DNA from: a virus
IMG/VR virus record: IMGVR_UViG_3300007255_000001
Location: 1 to 64,000 of that record
DNA length: 64,000 nucleotides
Strand: one strand, 5' to 3'
The translations under genes and the position numbers were made by a program. This document shows, piece after piece, positions 59,302 to 64,000 of the stretch. The notes beneath the pieces are model-generated. The model was not told where the DNA came from, did not search any database, and was given only the letters and a program-made list of their open reading frames with translations. How positions within the stretch are numbered: the stretch's first letter is position 1; each line of letters begins with the position of its first letter.

Positions 59302-60047
59302 CTCGCTGGCCCGTCTCCGCGGCCACCGACGCCCCGCAGACCGCCCAGGGCGATGCGCTGACCCCCGCCGAGAGCGACCTCTCCAGCCACGCGATCGATA
59401 CGTTTGTGAAAGTCGTGGGCGGCCGCGCCAAGCTGACCGAGATCCTCACGATCGCGGGGGAGTCCGCCGAGGTCGATCAGGTCGTCACCCTCCTCCTCGA
59501 CCCGCGCTACGACGCCCTGCCCCTGCGGCGGATCTGTGCCCTCGCCAACCTCACCATCGTCGATCTCTTCGCCGCGTACAAGAAAGCGCTCCTGGTCGAG
59601 GCGCACCTCCGAGCCTACAAGGAAGTCACCGATCGGCTGGTCCCGGTGGTGATTGACGTCATGACCCGCGCGGCGCCCTATCATCTGCCCTGCGACGCCT
59701 GTGGCGGACGCGGTGCCCTCCCGGACCCGGACGACCCGACCGCCCCGCACCAGATCTGTGCGATCTGTCAGGGGCACCGGGTGCTCCTCCATTACCCCGA
59801 TCTCGATCGCCAGAAGCTCGCGCTCGACCTCGCGCAACTCGTCCAGAAGGCCGGCGGCTCGGCGACCAATATCATTCAGGCGAACCTGACGACTCCCCCA
59901 TCGGCGACCCCCGCCTCCCGGGGCGCCCTCGAAGCGCTCCAGCAAGCCGTCGGGGATCTGCTCGCGGCCCGGCCCCTGACGATCGATGTGACGCCCGAGC
60001 CCGCCGAGCCGCCGCCCGCCGATCCGGCTGAGCCGCCCACCGCCTGA
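59298..60047 (+). CDS. Hypothetical protein with DnaJ-type CxxCxGxG zinc motifs (possible small terminase/packaging accessory by position)
   Basis: 249 aa with an ATGA overlap at the start. Motifs CDACGGRG and CAICQGHR. It lies upstream of the lysis cassette and terL. The function is speculative. Confidence 0.5.
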   Translation: MTRWPVSAATDAPQTAQGDALTPAESDLSSHAIDTFVKVVGGRAKLTEILTIAGESAEVDQVVTLLLDPRYDALPLRRICALANLTIVDLFAAYKKALLVEAHLRAYKEVTDRLVPVVIDVMTRAAPYHLPCDACGGRGALPDPDDPTAPHQICAICQGHRVLLHYPDLDRQKLALDLAQLVQKAGGSATNIIQANLTTPPSATPASRGALEALQQAVGDLLAARPLTIDVTPEPAEPPPADPAEPPTA

Positions 60048-60068
60048 GCCTATGCTAGACTCCCCGGC

Positions 60069-60413
60069 GTGGATTCGGTCGCCCTCACGCAGTGGATCAC
60101 CACGCTTGGCGTGGGCGGCGTCCTCGCCTGGATGATGTTCCAGGTCTACCGGAAGGATGTCCGCGCCAACTCCGACCTCTGGCGGGGCCAGTCCGAGGCC
60201 CTGATGCGGGTGGTGCAGGAGAACATCCGGGCGATCACCGCCCTGGCGGTCCTGGTCGAAGCCTTCCGGTCGGAGCTGATTGACGCCCAGGCGCGGCGCG
60301 GGGCGGTTGATCGCCGAGCGAGTCCGCGGCTCCCGATGACCCACGCCGCCGATGCGCTCCCGACACCCCAAGGGACGATTGTGGACCGGGTGCTGCGCCC
60401 GCCCGAAAAATAG
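60069..60413 (+). CDS. Membrane protein with one N-terminal TM helix (holin/lysis-regulator candidate)
   Basis: 114 aa with a GTG start. TM segment WITTLGVGGVLAWMMF. It lies immediately upstream of the lysis genes. Confidence 0.45.
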   Translation: MDSVALTQWITTLGVGGVLAWMMFQVYRKDVRANSDLWRGQSEALMRVVQENIRAITALAVLVEAFRSELIDAQARRGAVDRRASPRLPMTHAADALPTPQGTIVDRVLRPPEK

Positions 60414-60441
60414 CCGCGACCGGCTGGAGGAGGGCTCCGCG

Positions 60442-60624
60442 ATGGATCTGATTTCCGCGCTCGTCGTCCTCGTCATCCTCGGGGTCGTCCTCTATCTCGT
60501 CGAGACCTACATCCCGATGTCCCCGCCAATCAAGACCGTGATCCGGATCGTGGTGGTCTTGGTCATCTGCCTGTGGCTCCTGCGCGCAGCGGGGATCTGG
60601 TCGGGCGGGCCGGTCTTCCGCTGA
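60442..60624 (+). CDS. 60-aa two-TM membrane protein (holin candidate)
   Basis: The ATG at 60442 has GGAGGAGGG upstream. Product MDLISALVVLVILGVVLYLVETYIPMSPPIKTVIRIVVVLVICLWLL. The stop overlaps the endolysin ATG. Confidence 0.55.
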   Translation: MDLISALVVLVILGVVLYLVETYIPMSPPIKTVIRIVVVLVICLWLLRAAGIWSGGPVFR

Positions 60625-61121
60625 TGCCGGACGCGGTCGATCCGGTCCGCGCGCGTCTCGCGACGCTCGCGCCCCTCATCCGGGACACGGCGACGGCCTA
60701 CGCGCTGCCACTCGATCTCCTTCGGGGCCAGATCGTCGCCGAGAGCAATGCGGACCGCCGCGCCTATCGGTACGAGCCCGCCTACTTCGATCGCTATGTG
60801 CGCAACAATCCCAAGGCGAAGGGCTATGCGTACGGGCCGATGGCCGCCTGCTCGATGGGCCTCCTGCAGATCTTGCTGGAAACCGCGCTGGAGATCGGGT
60901 TCGACGGGCTGCCGTGGGATCTCTTCGACTCAGCGACCAACCTCCACTGGGGGGGTCTCTACCTCCGCCAGCTCTGGGACCAGGTGGGCGGGGACCTCGC
61001 TGACTATCCGAAGGTCCTCGCGATGTACAACGGCGGCCCCGGGGCGGCGAAGACTCGACCGTTCCGCAACCAAGCCTACGTGGATCGGGTCCTCCGCCTC
61101 GCGACGCGCTATACTGCCTGA
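60624..61121 (+). CDS. Endolysin, lytic transglycosylase (SLT/GH23 domain)
   Basis: The ATG at 60624 overlaps the previous TGA. Motifs IVAESNADRRAYRYE ... CSMGLLQIL ... YNGG. Confidence 0.7.
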   Translation: MPDAVDPVRARLATLAPLIRDTATAYALPLDLLRGQIVAESNADRRAYRYEPAYFDRYVRNNPKAKGYAYGPMAACSMGLLQILLETALEIGFDGLPWDLFDSATNLHWGGLYLRQLWDQVGGDLADYPKVLAMYNGGPGAAKTRPFRNQAYVDRVLRLATRYTA

Positions 61122-61156
61122 ACCCTCGGTCGTCCCCCCTACAGAGGAGGATCCGT

Positions 61157-61657
61157 ATGCCCGCAGATCCCACCGCGGTCGCCGGTCAGCGGCGATCGCT
61201 CCCTCGCACCCTCGCGCCGGCGATCGTCGCCCTCTTCGTGCTCGGCTGGGTCGTCAGCCTCCAGGCGAGTTGCGCGGCGCGCGGCGCCCGAAACAAGGCG
61301 CAGGTCGGCGCCCTCGCGATCGGCGAGGCCGTCCTCGGACTCGACCAAGTCGAGCACACCCTCTACCGCGCCGACCCGCCGCCCTACGACAAAGTCGCCC
61401 ACGATAAGCTCGGCGACGCGATCCTCAAAGCCCTCCACGCCAGCCGCGCCTATGAGCGCGCGGTCGTCGAGTGGCCCACCGGCGCGACCAAACCCCAGAT
61501 CGTCGACGCGGCCGAGAAGGGGCTGACCGCCGCGCTCGCTGATGTGGAAGCGGCGATTCCGCAGGCGGCCGCGGCGCGTGAGCCGCTCCTGCGCGCCCTC
61601 GCGGCGGCCCGCGCGGCCTTCGCCGCCCAAACCGTCCCCACCGGAGGTGACGCATGA
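61157..61657 (+). CDS. Spanin-like (Rz-type) protein candidate
   Basis: 166 aa with GAGGAGG upstream. It has an N-terminal TM segment IVALFVLGWVVSL followed by an Ala-rich helical region. It lies directly after the endolysin. Confidence 0.4.
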   Translation: MPADPTAVAGQRRSLPRTLAPAIVALFVLGWVVSLQASCAARGARNKAQVGALAIGEAVLGLDQVEHTLYRADPPPYDKVAHDKLGDAILKALHASRAYERAVVEWPTGATKPQIVDAAEKGLTAALADVEAAIPQAAAAREPLLRALAAARAAFAAQTVPTGGDA

Positions 61658-61875
61658 ACGGCTCCAGCGGCACCCAACTCGTGCAGATTCTCGCGATCGC
61701 GCAGATCCTCGGGCAACTCGTGCTGACCGGGAAGACGACGATCCAGGCGATTGCCGGGTTCCTCAAGCAGCAGGGGGCGACGCCCGACCAGCTCGCCGCG
61801 ATCGATGTCCGCCTCACCGGGGCGATCGACGTCCGCGAAGCTGAGAAAGCCGCGCGGACCCCGCCGACTGAGTAG
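61654..61875 (+). CDS. Hypothetical small protein
   Basis: 73 aa with an ATGA overlap at the start. It ends 3 nt before terL. Confidence 0.5.
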   Translation: MNGSSGTQLVQILAIAQILGQLVLTGKTTIQAIAGFLKQQGATPDQLAAIDVRLTGAIDVREAEKAARTPPTE

Positions 61876-61878
61876 CCC

Positions 61879-64000
61879 ATGTACCATCCGGCCGTCGTCG
61901 CCGCGCGTGAGGCCCAACTCCTCGCCGCCCCGGCGCTCGGCCGGCTCTATCCGCACGGCCTGCCGATCTACTCGGTCGACGACTCCGCCGTCCTCACCGC
62001 GCAGCTCCGCGGGATCCACACCGAGAAGGGGGGCCTGTCGCGGAACCTGACTCCGGAGGAAGACGCCTTCATCGCGGCGACGCGCCTCCGGATCATCCTC
62101 GACTTCGAGTACTTCGCCGCCCGGTTCGTCCGGATCGATCAGGAAGGGCATGGCCTCCGCCCGCTCTACCCGCTCTGGGAATCCCAGCGCTTCGTGCTTG
62201 AGGTCCTCGGCCGGCTCGAACGCGAGCGCCTCGCCGCCGGCCATCCCGACGGCCTCCTCCTGAACATCCTGAAGGCGCGGCAGCTCGGCGAGTCCACGCT
62301 CGCCGAAACGCTCGCCGCCCACCGCCTCCTCACCCGCCCGCATACCCGTGCGCTCGCGGGGGCGGACGTCGAGGAACAAGCCGGGTATCTCTTCCGCATG
62401 ATCGCGCGGATCTACGACCATCTCCCGTGGTTCCTGCAGCCCCAGCGCCTGACCTATGTGAAGAATCGCGAGCTCAGCTTCGCCAACGGCAGCTTCGTGA
62501 AGACCGCCTGGGGCAAATCGACCCGCGGAGCGCTCATCGCGACCTCCGGACAGGAGGGCTCCAAGGGCGCGATCGGGCGCGGCCAGACCTACGCGGTCGT
62601 CCACATCTCGGAACTCGCCACCTGGGAGAATCCCGAACAGCTCGACGCGGCGCTCTTCCCCACGATCCCGGTGCATCCCGAGACCTTGGTAATCCTGGAG
62701 TCCACCGCGGAATTTGCCGGCGACTGGTGGCATCAGCACTGGCAGGTGTCCGGCACGGGTCTGGGCCGCTTCACCAACGTCTTCATCCCGTGGGGGGTCG
62801 AGCCCTCGAAGTACGCCCTCCCCGCCCCACCGACGTGGAGCCCCTCGTCCGCGACCCGGGAGGTCGCCGCCAAAGCGGAGCGCGAACTTCAACGCTGGCT
62901 CGGACGCACCGCCCTCCTGACGCGTGATCAACTCTACTGGTACGAGCAGACCCGCGCCTTCTACCAGAAGAAGGGCGATCTCGGCACCTTCCTCAAGGAG
63001 TATCCCTCCGATGACCAGGAGTGCTTCCAGTACGCGGGCAAGGCGATCTTCACCATCGAGCAGCTCGACGCGATCGATGCGGCGGGATCCAAACGGAAGC
63101 TCCTCGACGTCTGGACCGTCGAACCCGCGCGCGACATCGCGGAACTCCGTCGGCTCGGTGACGATGACCGTGTGGAGCGGGACCTACGGCCCGATCGTCG
63201 TCCGCCGGCCCCCTTGGCTCCACGTCTTGGTCCCGTCGCCGCCCTCACCGCCCATACCGCCTATCCGGTCCCGCCCGGCTACGGCTTCCGCCGCCTCACG
63301 CCGTCAGAGCTGAAGGCGCTCCCCTCGCTCCGGCAGAGCGTCCTGGCGATCTGGGAGTATCCCCGCCCGCGCGGCAGGCGCCGTTACGTGATGAGTGCGG
63401 ACGTCTCCGACGGCCTCGGCCTCGACTACTCGGTGATCGATATCATCCGGCTCCCCACGATCGAGGAGCCCGCCGAACAGGTGGCGCAGTACGTCTCGAA
63501 CACGATCGATACCAAGCAGCTCGCCTTTGTGTGCGACGCGATCGGTCGGCTCTACCCCGACGAGGACGGGATCGAGGCGCTCGCCGCCATCGAGACCAAC
63601 TCCCACGGCTTGGCGACGCAAGACACGCTGCAGCTCCACCTCGGGTACTCCGCCTTCTACATCTGGGAGTACGCCGACTCCGCCTCCCCGGACCGCCGCT
63701 ACTCGACCAAGATTGGCTGGTACACCTCCCCACGCTCCCGGCCGATTCTGCTGACCTCGTTTCGCGACGCGCTGATCACGATCGATCCGTTGACCGGGCA
63801 GCCCGACTTCATCCTCAACAGCCCGATCACCCGTGCGGAGCTGCGCCACTTCATCACCCCGGGGGCGCTCGCCGATGCCGCCGCGGCGCGGGGTCAGACC
63901 GATGACGCCGTCATGGCCGGGGCGATCGGGTATTATGTCGCGTGGCGGCTGGCCGGCGGCGAGACCGAGCCGATTGCCGAGAAGCGTCGGCGCCGCGCCG
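61879..64000 (+). CDS. terL: Terminase large subunit (3' end beyond the window)
   Basis: Own translation from the ATG at 61879, open to the window end. Walker A-like ILKARQLGESTLAE, Walker B VVHISELATWE and coupling motif LESTA. Nuclease-domain acidic motifs YVMSADVSDGLGLDYSVIDI and AIETNSHG. Confidence 0.85.
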   Translation, partial: MYHPAVVAAREAQLLAAPALGRLYPHGLPIYSVDDSAVLTAQLRGIHTEKGGLSRNLTPEEDAFIAATRLRIILDFEYFAARFVRIDQEGHGLRPLYPLWESQRFVLEVLGRLERERLAAGHPDGLLLNILKARQLGESTLAETLAAHRLLTRPHTRALAGADVEEQAGYLFRMIARIYDHLPWFLQPQRLTYVKNRELSFANGSFVKTAWGKSTRGALIATSGQEGSKGAIGRGQTYAVVHISELATWENPEQLDAALFPTIPVHPETLVILESTAEFAGDWWHQHWQVSGTGLGRFTNVFIPWGVEPSKYALPAPPTWSPSSATREVAAKAERELQRWLGRTALLTRDQLYWYEQTRAFYQKKGDLGTFLKEYPSDDQECFQYAGKAIFTIEQLDAIDAAGSKRKLLDVWTVEPARDIAELRRLGDDDRVERDLRPDRRPPAPLAPRLGPVAALTAHTAYPVPPGYGFRRLTPSELKALPSLRQSVLAIWEYPRPRGRRRYVMSADVSDGLGLDYSVIDIIRLPTIEEPAEQVAQYVSNTIDTKQLAFVCDAIGRLYPDEDGIEALAAIETNSHGLATQDTLQLHLGYSAFYIWEYADSASPDRRYSTKIGWYTSPRSRPILLTSFRDALITIDPLTGQPDFILNSPITRAELRHFITPGALADAAAARGQTDDAVMAGAIGYYVAWRLAGGETEPIAEKRRRRA

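Larger units (their letters stand above)
1..64000. mobile_element. Temperate tailed dsDNA phage genome (near complete; virion, early/replication, lysogeny, lysis and packaging modules)
   Basis: Contiguous phage modules: terminase large subunit, structural genes, SLT ejection protein, PolA, helicase, integrase with a tRNA fragment, and cro/cI-like HTH genes. No recognisable host housekeeping genes. Confidence 0.9.

Overview
The window is a gene-dense, high-GC, nearly complete genome of a temperate tailed dsDNA phage. No host genes are evident.

Layout:
- 1-22.7 kb (+): late virion genes. These are the 3' part of a putative capsid gene, adaptor-like proteins, beta-helix and LamG/jelly-roll fibre proteins, a 1325-aa tail protein, and a T7 gp14/15/16-like ejection set ending in a 918-aa protein with an N-terminal lytic transglycosylase domain.
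- 22.7-44.3 kb (-): one long, tightly coupled early operon read leftward from a cro-like gene. It carries a Cas4-like nuclease, a P-loop recombination-type ATPase, a Pif1/RecD-like helicase, a ParB-like protein, an HNH endonuclease and a UDG-like/3'-5' exo/family A DNA polymerase. Interleaved with these are five glycosyltransferases, two methyltransferases, a macro domain and a HAD phosphatase.
- 44.3-47.4 kb: lysogeny module. It contains divergent cro/cI-like genes with an operator-rich switch, two membrane or secreted accessory proteins, a tyrosine integrase and a truncated tRNA-Arg(CCG) 3' fragment that looks like attP.
- 47.4-57.6 kb: small early genes (mostly -), a RepA/AAA_25-like ATPase next to an iteron-like AT-rich region, a GH5-like glycosidase and a DUF932 protein.
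- 57.6-64 kb (+): a repeat-rich non-coding region, a lysis cassette and the terminase large subunit, which runs off the window end.

The capsid gene lies at the window start and the terminase at the end. The integrase/attP sits internally with phage genes on both sides. This suggests a circular or permuted, non-integrated phage genome.

Many long ORFs in the supplied track are alternate-frame artefacts of the high GC content and are not reported. Functional calls rest on motifs I could read in the translations. No database search was possible. Start codons are often inferred from ATGA/GTGA stop-start overlaps.
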